64,000 bases of DNA from Bacteroidetes bacterium UBA7662 (GTDB lineage Bacteria > Bacteroidota > Bacteroidia > UBA7662), in assembly GCA_002483345.1 (NCBI GenBank), contig DLHS01000016.1, forward strand, positions 21,956 through 85,955. Reading direction: 5' to 3'. Positions 28,994-39,240 of the stretch are shown here, one piece after another; within the stretch, counting starts at the first letter, position 1, and every line of letters starts with the position of its first letter. The notes below the pieces were generated by a model that saw only the letters and a program-made list of their open reading frames with translations, made no database searches and was not told the DNA's origin. The translations under genes and the position numbers were made by a program.

Positions 28994-30214
28994 CTATATA
29001 AGTTGTTTGTTGTAATTAGATTCATTCTGACTTATCCCGAAATAGATTGCCAGGAAAACAGTCAATTGAGGAATCACGCATACAGTCTCTGTAAAATCGA
29101 CTGAAATAATAGTCAATCCTATAAGGATTTTTGGTGCTGCGGATCTTACGCTCAAAAGTTTTGCAAAAAGAATGTATAAGTAAAATAAATACCCAACAAT
29201 GCCCCTTTCTATCAGTAGTAACAAAGAGGCCGATTCACTACCCTTGTGGGGAGCGCCCGTGTCAGCCATTAAAAACATTTCATTCCCGGTACCGACGCCA
29301 AACAAAGGCCTCTGGCTAATCAGGTCGAATGTAAATTCGGCAATTCTACGTCGGATGGTATAAGAATTATCTTCCTGATCTACCAACGCACTCAATCTGA
29401 AAAGATCATCAAGAACCAATAGATCCTCATAGTTACTGTAGACAAACAATCCGAGCAGCACGCTTACAGCCAAAAAGATTAAAAGTTTAAAATGTTGTTT
29501 TTTGATCACGCTGTAAACAACATTTACCATTACGAATGCGAGCATGGATGTCCTCGATTTTGAGAACAAAACAAGGTTAGCCAGAACAAAGAGAAACAAG
29601 ATTACTTTCTCCTTCTTCGACAAGTAATCCGGGTTTTCGAAAAATAAGAGTATGTAACAGAATACCGTAAAAACTCCGAATACGTTCGCATTCCCAAGAA
29701 AAGAAACAGGCCTTTTGGCTAATGGCAGGGCTTCTTCAACATAAACTACCCAACTTCCGTTTTCAATAACATAGATAGGTTGAAACAACGACTGATAAAG
29801 TGCTACAAAAAAAGAAACAATCAGAAGTACTTTAACAACCCCAAAATAAAATGACGTCTTCCGTATTTTGAGGGTTCTGACCAGGTAGTAAAATAAAACA
29901 GGGACTACTGCTCTTAAAAATCCCGGAATTGTAACCCCATAAGGAGAAAGCGCATAAGAACATAGAATTGTAAAAACAAAAAGTACAATAAACCAAACTT
30001 CATTTTTAGTAAAGATTGCCCCTTTTGCCAGTAGTAAACAGGCAAACAAGACGGGTAGCGTAATGAATGTGGAGATATTATAAAGCCAATAGGGTAATCC
30101 CGGAATATACCCGAGCATCCCAAGCGTAAACATAACCGCAAACAGAAGGTTTGCAACTATACCATTTGAATGTACGCGCGGCACATCCGTAACCACATTA
30201 CTTAACGATGTCAT
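28994..30214 (-). CDS. Wzy_C-family membrane protein (putative polymerase)
   Basis: 406 aa polytopic protein. GAPHKGSESASLLLLIERGIVG resembles the Wzy_C H...E-R-G-I-x-G motif. Confidence 0.5.
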   Translation of the reverse strand: MTSLSNVVTDVPRVHSNGIVANLLFAVMFTLGMLGYIPGLPYWLYNISTFITLPVLFACLLLAKGAIFTKNEVWFIVLFVFTILCSYALSPYGVTIPGFLRAVVPVLFYYLVRTLKIRKTSFYFGVVKVLLIVSFFVALYQSLFQPIYVIENGSWVVYVEEALPLAKRPVSFLGNANVFGVFTVFCYILLFFENPDYLSKKEKVILFLFVLANLVLFSKSRTSMLAFVMVNVVYSVIKKQHFKLLIFLAVSVLLGLFVYSNYEDLLVLDDLFRLSALVDQEDNSYTIRRRIAEFTFDLISQRPLFGVGTGNEMFLMADTGAPHKGSESASLLLLIERGIVGYLFYLYILFAKLLSVRSAAPKILIGLTIISVDFTETVCVIPQLTVFLAIYFGISQNESNYNKQLI

Positions 30215-31353
30215 TCAACAATGAATCGACTGTATATTTCTTCCATGACACCAGAACATCTTTCATTAGAATGCTCCTTAACCACAAACGCTTTACCTCT
30301 TGCGGAAATGCTACCCCAATCGGGAATCGATTTAAGTTTATCAAACTGGGCAACAAGGCCCTTGGGATCTCCCTCTGCTGCTAAAAAATGATTTTCAGGA
30401 GGTATAATATTGGGAATATCCGCGTGTGTGGTTGAAACGACAGGCAGACCTAAAGCCTGCATCTCTATGATAATTGTGGGAGCCCCTCCCTCAGACCCAC
30501 CATCAGGAGCAGTTTCACTGGGATGAAAAAACAAATGGAAAGACGTGGACAGGGTATAGATCTCATCCAGAGATCTTTTACCAATCAGGGAAACAACATG
30601 ACCGAGTTCAAGCCTTTCTATAAGATTGAGAATGTCAACCTTCTGAGGCCCCTCTCCAATGATAACAACCTCGAGCTTGTCTCCTCTGTCAGCCATTATT
30701 TTAATGGCTTTGAGCGCTGTCAGATACCCCTTCTTTGGATAAAAATTGGCACACATCAAAATCTTCAATACTTCGCCTTCAGACCAGGAATTACGTTCTC
30801 TGAACTGGAGGTGGTCTAAAGGAACCCCTATCTTAACCACCGAAACCTTCTCTTGTTCACATCCCAATTCCACCATCCTGCTCTTCATAAATTGGCCTTC
30901 CACTACTATCTGAGAAGCATGCTCAAAGAGTAAATGGTAACGATCCCTCCAACCAGGCAACTTAGGTACGTCAGACATATCAGAGCCATAAAAAGTAACA
31001 ATCAGCGGTATGTTGAGCTTTTTAGACAGCTTAATAGCATAATATCCCTGAGTACCCATGTGGGCGTGCAAAATCCCGATATTTTTTTCTTTCCTCAACA
31101 AAAAATAGTAGGACCACCAATCATTAATCAGACGTGCGCTAAACCCCAGTTTAACGGTCAGCAGCTTATCGAGAAACAAAAAAGGTGCAAAAAACGGGCT
31201 TGTCTTCAGTATATTCTTATAGGGATAAAGAATTGTATCGACAGGAATTATTTCCCTACAAGCTACAAAATGCTCGTACTTTCTGAATCCCTTCAGTAAA
31301 AAATAGACGAAGCTGACTCTCAGGTACTGATCTCTAAGATGTATAATTTTCAT
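30211..31353 (-). CDS. Glycosyltransferase family 4
   Basis: 380 aa GT-B protein. EGGAPTIIIEMQALGLPVVST is a GT4 C-terminal motif. Confidence 0.8.
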   Translation of the reverse strand: MKIIHLRDQYLRVSFVYFLLKGFRKYEHFVACREIIPVDTILYPYKNILKTSPFFAPFLFLDKLLTVKLGFSARLINDWWSYYFLLRKEKNIGILHAHMGTQGYYAIKLSKKLNIPLIVTFYGSDMSDVPKLPGWRDRYHLLFEHASQIVVEGQFMKSRMVELGCEQEKVSVVKIGVPLDHLQFRERNSWSEGEVLKILMCANFYPKKGYLTALKAIKIMADRGDKLEVVIIGEGPQKVDILNLIERLELGHVVSLIGKRSLDEIYTLSTSFHLFFHPSETAPDGGSEGGAPTIIIEMQALGLPVVSTTHADIPNIIPPENHFLAAEGDPKGLVAQFDKLKSIPDWGSISARGKAFVVKEHSNERCSGVMEEIYSRFIVE

Positions 31354-32807
31354 GCTCTACTTTTCAAATATTTTGTTGAAACAAAATTCCAGATAAAATC
31401 AAAATTTCTTCTGTAGATATATACATACAGTCCCAACATTGCAGCGTAGGATAAAACTGCTATAAACAAGTTTAAATTATACTGAAAAATAAGCCTGTCC
31501 GCCACGGAAAACATTATAAAAAAAAGCAAAATACCCAGGGTTTCAGGAAACTTGTAATCCAAAGGAAAATACTTCTTGTTGTAAATATTTATCAGAACAA
31601 AAGAAGTCAATGACATCAATATCTGACAAAGAGCAGCGCCGAGTAATCCTATTTTTTGTATAAGAATATAACTCCCGATAAGTCCTGTAATGAGCGTTGC
31701 TATGGTAACCAGCATTTCGATACTGGTTTTTTTATTGATGTTGGTTGTCATAGCCAACAACATAAACAACACGCTCAGTGAATTGGCAATGATCAGAAAA
31801 GGGGTATACAAAGCTGCTTCCAGGTATTCTTTTTTACTCAGGTAGTTCAGCAGGTAGGCATCTACAAAAACCAGCAACATAGCCAACAGAAAGAACATGG
31901 AGACAAAAGTTGATATTTTGGCGTTAATCTGCCTTTTAAACTCATCAATAGACACCGTGTTATACATTCTCAGGTAATAGGGTGTAAACGAAATCATAAA
32001 AGCATTAACCAACACAATACTTAATATACCTGTGATCTTCTGGGCAACATCAAAAATGGCCACATCCTCTGTATTTGAAAAAAATACGAGAAAGTATCTG
32101 TTACCGTAAGCGATTAAATAGGAAACAACATTTGCCACCGATAAGGGCAATCCATACATAAGTAAGTACTTCAAAGCTCCCTTATTAAAATCCAGGGTCA
32201 GAAATTTGCTCAGGAACCCGAATCCAATGACAATGCTGAGTGTAGAAGAAATCAAATAGCCTACAAGTATATTTTCCACTCCAAAAGATGTAAAAAACAT
32301 AATGTACAAATTCACCACACACAATATGATTACATCTGCAACTGTCAGGCTAACGTACTTAACCGGCTTTTCCAAAGCCCTTAATGCGCCCAGTATCATG
32401 CCGAACAAAACCCTGGTAAATCCCCAAAGCAGGACCACAAAGACGTTATTCCTGTCTGCCTGTGAACTAAAATTTGGAATATTTAAAGAGTCAGGCAGCA
32501 AATTAAAAAAAACAAAAACAACCAGAAATGTTAACAAGAAAAACACGGTCATGGTTGAAACCGCCGACCTTCTCAAAGAAACAGCATCAAATTCAGAGAA
32601 ATATCTTAAAATACCGTTGGAAATTGAGAATGAAAAAATGATGCTGAACAAGTTCCCGGTTACATAGAGAATCGAAAATTTCCCATAATCTGCAACATTC
32701 AATTTTTCCAGGTAAACAGGAATCAGCAACAGCACTATCAGTGCGTAGAGCATATTGCCGATTCCGTATATTAAGAAACTCTTAGTTAGAGAAATGCCTG
32801 GCATCAA
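31350..32807 (-). CDS. wzx: Wzx-type polysaccharide flippase (MOP superfamily)
   Basis: 485 aa, about 12-14 TM, polysacc_synt-like N-terminus. Confidence 0.75.
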   Translation of the reverse strand: MMPGISLTKSFLIYGIGNMLYALIVLLLIPVYLEKLNVADYGKFSILYVTGNLFSIIFSFSISNGILRYFSEFDAVSLRRSAVSTMTVFFLLTFLVVFVFFNLLPDSLNIPNFSSQADRNNVFVVLLWGFTRVLFGMILGALRALEKPVKYVSLTVADVIILCVVNLYIMFFTSFGVENILVGYLISSTLSIVIGFGFLSKFLTLDFNKGALKYLLMYGLPLSVANVVSYLIAYGNRYFLVFFSNTEDVAIFDVAQKITGILSIVLVNAFMISFTPYYLRMYNTVSIDEFKRQINAKISTFVSMFFLLAMLLVFVDAYLLNYLSKKEYLEAALYTPFLIIANSLSVLFMLLAMTTNINKKTSIEMLVTIATLITGLIGSYILIQKIGLLGAALCQILMSLTSFVLINIYNKKYFPLDYKFPETLGILLFFIMFSVADRLIFQYNLNLFIAVLSYAAMLGLYVYIYRRNFDFIWNFVSTKYLKSRA

Positions 32808-33460
32808 AGAGCTTTTTTGCCTGTAAATACAGAATTACAGTCAACAATATCGGTGTATTGATCAATTTTAACCAAACTGGCAAAGCTAAATAGGTTAGTA
32901 TAAAACTCTACCGTCTTGGTTTGAAAGTTAGACAGATCCTCCGAGGTCTTCTCTACAAGAAAAACAGATCCCCCGGGCTTTAAAACCCTTTCGATTTCTG
33001 AAACAGTCTTCGTGAGGACAGCAGAATCTGTAATGGATCCAAAGACCAGACATATAAACACGGAATCTACACTATTTTCCTCAAGAGGTATAATACCCTC
33101 CGCCATCAGTCTGTATTCAACATTAGCGGCCGCCGGTGCCAGATCAATCAGTTTTTTAATCGGGTCTACACCAATAACCTGCGCCTGGAAAAACTCAGCC
33201 AGTTTTCCTGAAAATCTACCTGGTCCACAACCGAAATCCAGAATGATATTTCCGGAACCATCAGAAAGAATTTTTTGGTACAACGGAAACAAAAAGCCGA
33301 TTTGAAACGCTGTAACTTTCTCCAATTCTTCTTCGGTATGACCAAGATGAATCACAGATCTCACCCCATAGTTCTTGGCTCTGTCTTCCCAATATTCAAT
33401 CTGAGAGTTGTACTTTTTAGGGAAGAACTTATTCCATACCCGTTTAATTAAACTAATCAT
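32804..33460 (-). CDS. Class I SAM-dependent methyltransferase
   Basis: ILDFGCGPGRFSGKLAEF is motif I. 218 aa. Confidence 0.75.
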   Translation of the reverse strand: MISLIKRVWNKFFPKKYNSQIEYWEDRAKNYGVRSVIHLGHTEEELEKVTAFQIGFLFPLYQKILSDGSGNIILDFGCGPGRFSGKLAEFFQAQVIGVDPIKKLIDLAPAAANVEYRLMAEGIIPLEENSVDSVFICLVFGSITDSAVLTKTVSEIERVLKPGGSVFLVEKTSEDLSNFQTKTVEFYTNLFSFASLVKIDQYTDIVDCNSVFTGKKAL

Positions 33461-34596
33461 CCTCTGTCTTGTTTAAAATAGTGCTTAATCAAATCTGTAA
33501 TACGAACTACGTCTTTACCTTCCAATCCTGAAAACATGGGCAGGCGCAATAAACGTTCGCTTTCTTTGGTAGTATGCTCATCCAAACCATGGAATCTTCC
33601 ATATTTTAACCCTGCTATCGCAGAATGAAGTGGTATATAATGGAAAACAGAACTAACGCCGTTGGCTTGTAAATAATCAATCAGTCCCTGACGAGCTTCT
33701 ATGTCCTGGAGTTTAACAAAGAAAATGTGTCCGTTATGTTGGCAATCAGCCGGGATTTTGGGTAATTCTATAAAACCAGCCGTTTCCAATTCTGCCAATA
33801 AGTCATTGTAGAGATTCCAGGTCTTTAATCTGCCCTCCGTTATTTCTTTGCCAACCTCAAGCTGGGCATATAAAACAGCAGCTAATAACTCACTTGGCAA
33901 ATAGCTGGAACCCATGTCAACCCAGGTATATTTATCTACCTGCCCTCGCAGAAACATAGATCTGTTCGTCCCTTTTTCCCGGATGATTTCTGCTCTTTGT
34001 GTGAACTTTTCAGTATTAAGAACCAGAGCTCCACCTTCGCCGGAATGAATATTTTTCGTCTCATGAAAACTAAAACAGCTCATATCCCCCAGAACACCAA
34101 CAGGCTGTCCCTTGTAATAAGAACCGAAACATTGAGCAGCGTCTTCTATAACTAAAAGATTGTGCTTTTTTGCAATAGACAATATGGCATCCATATCGCA
34201 AGACACTCCACCATAATGAACTGGCACGATGGCTCTTGTTTGGGGTGTTATAGCTGATTCTATTTTCGTTTCATCTATGTTCATCGTTACGGGATTAATA
34301 TCCACAAAAACGATTGTTGCACCCCGAAGAACAAAAGCATTGGCCGTGGAGACGAAAGTAAACGACGGCATGATAACTTCATCACCAGGTTTTATGTCTG
34401 CCAGTATCGCTGACATTTCCAAAGCATGTGAGCATGAAGTTGTTAAAAGAACCTTGGGTGCACCCAGGGCTTGCTCCAACCAGCTATGACACTTTTTTGT
34501 AAAAGAACCGTCTCCTGAAAATTTCTTACTCAAAAAGACTTCAGACAGGTATTCCCTTTGTTTTTCAGATTCAAAAGGTACATTAAATGGAATCAT
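33457..34596 (-). CDS. DegT-family aminotransferase (WecE/ArnB-like, dTDP/UDP-4-keto-sugar 4-aminotransferase)
   Basis: MIPFNVPF...LLTTSCSHALEMSAILADIKPGDEVIMPSFTFVSTANAF resembles the WecE family. Confidence 0.8.
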   Translation of the reverse strand: MIPFNVPFESEKQREYLSEVFLSKKFSGDGSFTKKCHSWLEQALGAPKVLLTTSCSHALEMSAILADIKPGDEVIMPSFTFVSTANAFVLRGATIVFVDINPVTMNIDETKIESAITPQTRAIVPVHYGGVSCDMDAILSIAKKHNLLVIEDAAQCFGSYYKGQPVGVLGDMSCFSFHETKNIHSGEGGALVLNTEKFTQRAEIIREKGTNRSMFLRGQVDKYTWVDMGSSYLPSELLAAVLYAQLEVGKEITEGRLKTWNLYNDLLAELETAGFIELPKIPADCQHNGHIFFVKLQDIEARQGLIDYLQANGVSSVFHYIPLHSAIAGLKYGRFHGLDEHTTKESERLLRLPMFSGLEGKDVVRITDLIKHYFKQDRG

Positions 34597-34749
34597 AGTA
34601 TTTCCAAAAATTATAGTAGGGTGTAATTAGAATTGATTTAAGAGCGGGCAAATCCTTATGCTCCAGAAATCTACCGGTACGCCAGGCAATGAAAAAATTC
34701 TTGGCGTGGGTTTTAAAAGAGGAGGGCGGTTGCTATTATCGATTAAAGT

Positions 34750-35826
34750 TTAATCCTTATCGCTCAATATCCGGCTCATCCACTTTCTGAAAAGCAGGAA
34801 GAAGGAGAAACCAGCGGTCAAAATAAATGAAGTCAGGATTGCCCACTTAACCCTGCCTTTACCCTTTTTGTCTAGGGGGAATCTTGGTGAGTCAATAACT
34901 TCAATAGTAGGCTCTTCTCTTTCGAGTGTAAATTTGGTGAGTTCCAGATTTTTGACCAATTCACCGTAGAGGGTAGTCAACATCTGCACTTCTAACTGTT
35001 TTTTTGCAGCAGGTACCCTTGCACGCATCATTATCAACGATTGATTCTGATCACTTTCCTGGGCAGCAGAACTCATGGCAAGACCCAGAGCCCTTCTAAC
35101 TGAATCAACCCTGTGCTCCAACAGATTTACTGTCCGCCTGGTTTTGCCCACTTTTAATTCCAAATACAAGGCGATTGCTTCTTCAATGATAATTTGATTC
35201 ATTAAAAAAGCCCATTTCTCGTCAACATCGCTAATATGAACCTCCAGAAGACCTGCTTTTTTTTCAAGTCTTGTTACCTTAAGAGAATTGTCCACAATAT
35301 CTGTTACAACCAAACCGAGAATACTATCCTCTTTTCTTGTAAACTGTTGAATCGATTTATGGGGATCAATAAATTCGATTTTATGCTCCTTTAAGGCATC
35401 TTCAAAGTGATTACCAATATATCTGTTAAGAAGCGTTCCCTCATTAAAATCAATTTGTGGAGTCAATAATGCTGCCTGAATAATGCGATCGGACTGCAAA
35501 AGTAAAATCAGGTTATCAGTTGAAAATAATCCTGCACCTCCACCACCCAAATCAAATCCAAACTGACTTGCAATACCTGACAAGCCTGAAGATCCGGTTT
35601 TTTCTTCTACAGCAAAAGTTAAATTGCTGGTATACAAAACCTTATTGAAGAAATGAGCGTATCCAAATCCAACAACCAGTCCGATTACAGACACCAAGAG
35701 GATACGTATTTTGTAAATCCACAAAAAACCAAGGGTGTCTCTGACACCTATAAGTATCTCTTTCAAACTTAGTTCACCATCATTCCCACCTGTCTGCAGG
35801 TGGGATGTTTTGTCTGGTAAGTTCAT
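34750..35826 (-). CDS. wzz: Wzz/PCP chain-length determinant protein without a kinase domain
   Basis: N-terminal TM after about 35 residues, a large periplasmic coiled region, and a C-terminal TM (WAILTSFILTAGFSFFLLF). 358 aa. Confidence 0.7.
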   Translation of the reverse strand: MNLPDKTSHLQTGGNDGELSLKEILIGVRDTLGFLWIYKIRILLVSVIGLVVGFGYAHFFNKVLYTSNLTFAVEEKTGSSGLSGIASQFGFDLGGGGAGLFSTDNLILLLQSDRIIQAALLTPQIDFNEGTLLNRYIGNHFEDALKEHKIEFIDPHKSIQQFTRKEDSILGLVVTDIVDNSLKVTRLEKKAGLLEVHISDVDEKWAFLMNQIIIEEAIALYLELKVGKTRRTVNLLEHRVDSVRRALGLAMSSAAQESDQNQSLIMMRARVPAAKKQLEVQMLTTLYGELVKNLELTKFTLEREEPTIEVIDSPRFPLDKKGKGRVKWAILTSFILTAGFSFFLLFRKWMSRILSDKD

Positions 35827-38231
35827 AGCTGTTTAAGCAATATTATGAGGGTTGCTAATCCGGTGAGTTTAATTGTTGTGTTTTCAATGGCCCTGTTCCA
35901 ATCAATCGGGTCACCCTTTTCCCTTTTAATTTTAGAGGTCTCTTTCATTGAAACATATATGGTCGCTCCTGGTGTTACTTTAGGATAAATTTTGATGCCC
36001 AGGTAGTTTCTTGTTCTGCTCACCTTATCATTGGCGGCCACCACAAACACGCGTTTACGGGAAGCCTTTTCACTAAACCCGTCTCCAAAATTCTTCACAT
36101 ATCTGTTAGCCCTTAATCCGGGCTTGTAAGGAGCATTTACAGCCTTCATCCCTGTTGTATTCAAATACTGCACACCAGGTCCCTGTATACTCACATAGGG
36201 GATATATTCCGGCACTATGATTCTGTCACCATCCATCAAGCGATAATCAAACCGTCTGTTTCCTGTATTCAGAACCCTGGGCAAATCAATCAGCACTTGC
36301 CCTCCCGGAGCTGTTTCACGGAAAAAGCGCGTGGCTTCAATAAAGGCCTGGCCTTTTAAGCCTCCCGCTCTTCTGATAACATCACTTATCCTTTCTTCTC
36401 TGCTCAGCAAAGAATATGTACCCGGATACTTAAATTCACCTTCCAGCAAAACTGAAGCGGGCTCCATAAAATCAGCCAGCGTTCGTACATAAATCCGGTC
36501 ATACGGCTGCAGCATGAATTTGTCACCATCCCCTTTAAGCTCTCCGTTTTCCAGTTCAAAACCCAAAATAAATACAGCTGCCTCTTTAGGGGCATTGGCA
36601 TTAAATAAACTCAGCCGGACAACTTCAATTCGTTTGGGATCTGCTTCGGCCTTTAAACCGCCTACTTGCAGAATAACATCTCCCAGTGTTATCCCCGTTT
36701 CATAGGCTAAATCCCCTGGTTTGCGTACAGCTCCGATTACTCTCAAATCGGGATTTTCAAGGAAATCTGACTTACTGACCACCATAATCCTATCAAAAGG
36801 CTGCAGTTCCATATTATCAGCAGAATTACTATCCTTCATCAGAGACTCTAAAGGAAGGGGAATGGTCTGCCTACTTTCATCTGACAGTTTCCGTGACAAA
36901 AATGCTCTTTGACCAAAAGCAGTTGGTTTAAGACCTCCGGCTTTTTCGATCAGTTCTTTGACCCGCATGCCGGGTGTAAAGGTGTAGAGGCCTTCCTGAT
37001 TGATATCTCCGCTTACCTGAATTCCGTTTCTCACATCATCCGGCAAGGCCCTTACCATAATTTCATCCCCGTCCCGCAAGGTATCTTTAGGTAAATTGCT
37101 GTTAAGATTGTATTCAATGACCTCGCGTGCACCGTTATTGAAGGTTACCCGCTGAATGCTCCCGCCAAATGCATTACCGCTTAAGCCACCGGCTAACTGA
37201 ATCAGCTCGGTAAGCCTTTCACTATCTACAATTTCATACTCCAGTGGTTTTCTGACTGCGCCCTGCATTTTGACAATTTTCCCTGCCGGATGTACTACTA
37301 TGTAATCATTGTCCTGTAGGGAAAACTCACTGGAAGTGGTTTTGCCACGTAAAAAGGCGTAGGTATCAAAACCAAAGACCTTTTTCCCATCTCTTTGAAC
37401 TTCAATGTTACGCAGACTTCCATTTTCATTCGGACCTCCGGCAGCCAAAAGTGCGTTAAAGACTGAATTAAGAGCCGGGAACTCGTAGGTTCCGGGTCGT
37501 GTAACTTCACCGACTATGTTTACTTTAATTACCCGGCTAAAAATCAGGGTAATCTCCAGTTGGTTATTATTCAAATCATAATACTGACTCCATTTGGAAC
37601 GAATCAGCTTTCGTGCCTGCTCAAAGGTCAGTCCGCTCAGGTAAATGGTTCCCATGGCTTTGACCCTTGCCGCGCCCCGAGCATCGATTTTTATGACTTC
37701 ATTGGCATAGGAGGTTCCAAACACGGAAACGACTAATTCATCGCCCGGGCCCAGAATATAGGATTCAGGTGCTCTGGTGTCTGTAGCCTGCCCAAAAAGT
37801 TTATAATTGGTGTTTTTAAAAATATCTCTTCCGTATACTTCAGAAACAGTAGTGTCCATTTTTAAAGTATCTTCTGAAGCCTTGTCTTTCTCTACAACTG
37901 AGGTGGGTTTAGGAATATAGTTTCCGGTTGTATTGATTTCTGTTTTTTCCAACGGAATAGCCGGGACCGTCTGATTCATCAACGCCACCCGTTCTTTGAA
38001 GGCAATGGCCTCTGCAGGTGCCAATCCCATACTGAGTGCCAGTTTTTCGCCTTCTTCAATATTTAGTCCCCTTGATTTACCCTGGTTGAGGATATCTGTG
38101 ATCTGCTGATCAGACAATTCAGATACTTTTACTTTAGATAAATCCATCGGCAGTTGTGCCGAGACCTGACCACAGCAAAACGCCGCAAAAATGGCAAGTA
38201 TTAAAACAAAGCGTTTCTGACTATTTCGCAT
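35823..38231 (-). CDS. wza: Polysaccharide export outer-membrane protein, Wza-like with multiple SLBB domains
   Basis: Signal peptide MRNSQKRFVLILAIFAAFCCGQVSA. Poly_export motif ILGPGDELVVSVFG and repeated soluble-ligand-binding beta-grasp modules. ATG at 38231 chosen. Confidence 0.8.
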   Translation of the reverse strand: MRNSQKRFVLILAIFAAFCCGQVSAQLPMDLSKVKVSELSDQQITDILNQGKSRGLNIEEGEKLALSMGLAPAEAIAFKERVALMNQTVPAIPLEKTEINTTGNYIPKPTSVVEKDKASEDTLKMDTTVSEVYGRDIFKNTNYKLFGQATDTRAPESYILGPGDELVVSVFGTSYANEVIKIDARGAARVKAMGTIYLSGLTFEQARKLIRSKWSQYYDLNNNQLEITLIFSRVIKVNIVGEVTRPGTYEFPALNSVFNALLAAGGPNENGSLRNIEVQRDGKKVFGFDTYAFLRGKTTSSEFSLQDNDYIVVHPAGKIVKMQGAVRKPLEYEIVDSERLTELIQLAGGLSGNAFGGSIQRVTFNNGAREVIEYNLNSNLPKDTLRDGDEIMVRALPDDVRNGIQVSGDINQEGLYTFTPGMRVKELIEKAGGLKPTAFGQRAFLSRKLSDESRQTIPLPLESLMKDSNSADNMELQPFDRIMVVSKSDFLENPDLRVIGAVRKPGDLAYETGITLGDVILQVGGLKAEADPKRIEVVRLSLFNANAPKEAAVFILGFELENGELKGDGDKFMLQPYDRIYVRTLADFMEPASVLLEGEFKYPGTYSLLSREERISDVIRRAGGLKGQAFIEATRFFRETAPGGQVLIDLPRVLNTGNRRFDYRLMDGDRIIVPEYIPYVSIQGPGVQYLNTTGMKAVNAPYKPGLRANRYVKNFGDGFSEKASRKRVFVVAANDKVSRTRNYLGIKIYPKVTPGATIYVSMKETSKIKREKGDPIDWNRAIENTTIKLTGLATLIILLKQL

Positions 38232-39240
38232 GTTTGAAATATTGAATATAAAAGGCAACGGTTTCGGCCAGATAGGCATCAAATTGCTGTCTGGGTTCCC
38301 AGTTCAAATCCTGTTTAAGTTTATCTGCATCAATGGCATATCGCAAATCATGACCTTTACGATCGGTGACAAAGGTAATGAGTTCTAAGGCATTACCATC
38401 TTTCCTGCCCAACTGAGTATCGACAATGCTGCAGAGCTTGTGAACCAGGTCTATGTTTTTCCATTCGTTGTTTCCCCCTACATTGTAGGTCTCGCCATTT
38501 TTACCCTTATGGAAAATAACATTCATTGCCGACACATGATCACCCACAAAAAGCCAGTCCCGGATGTTTTCTCCTTTGCCGTAAACGGGAATCGGTTTGC
38601 GTTCCAAAATCTGCCTGATAACAACCGGAATTAACTTCTCCGGATATTGGTTGGGGCCATAATTATTGGAACAGTTGCTTAAAACAATAGGAAGGCCGAA
38701 TGTGTGATGGTAAGCTCTGACAAAATGATCCGATGATGCTTTCGAAGCCGAATAGGGAGAACGGGGATCGTAAGGTGTTTCTTCCGTGAAAAAGCCCTCC
38801 GCGCCCAAACTTCCATACACCTCATCTGTGGAAATGTGATAAAAGAGGTATTTTTCAGGATCTGCATGTTCCCCCCATGCCTTTAAGGCGGCATTGAGTA
38901 AAGTGACCGTTCCAACTACATTCGTTGTCACAAATTCCATGGGATTTTCAATAGAACGATCCACATGGGATTCTGCAGCCAGGTGCATGACGCCATCTAT
39001 TTGATATTCCGTAAATAATTGCTTAACCAGACTGGCATCACAAATATCCCCCTGCACAAAGGTAAAATTTGGCTTCCCCTCCAGATCGCGGATATTATCC
39101 TGATTCCCCGCATAAGTCAGCTTATCGAGCACAATAATCCGGTAATCAGGATAGGTATTCACCATAAAACGGGCTGCATGAGATCCTATAAATCCTGCAG
39201 CGCCTGTCATTAAAATGTTTCTTTTAAAATTCATATGCAT
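38221..39240 (-). CDS. rfbB: dTDP-glucose 4,6-dehydratase
   Basis: ILMTGAAGFIGSHAARFMV...YRIIVLDKLTYAGN and an extended SDR with YxxxK. Start at the ATG at 39240 (MHMNFK), overlapping the regulator stop by 1 nt. The track GTG at 39252 is not preferred. Confidence 0.9.
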   Translation of the reverse strand: MHMNFKRNILMTGAAGFIGSHAARFMVNTYPDYRIIVLDKLTYAGNQDNIRDLEGKPNFTFVQGDICDASLVKQLFTEYQIDGVMHLAAESHVDRSIENPMEFVTTNVVGTVTLLNAALKAWGEHADPEKYLFYHISTDEVYGSLGAEGFFTEETPYDPRSPYSASKASSDHFVRAYHHTFGLPIVLSNCSNNYGPNQYPEKLIPVVIRQILERKPIPVYGKGENIRDWLFVGDHVSAMNVIFHKGKNGETYNVGGNNEWKNIDLVHKLCSIVDTQLGRKDGNALELITFVTDRKGHDLRYAIDADKLKQDLNWEPRQQFDAYLAETVAFYIQYFKHAK

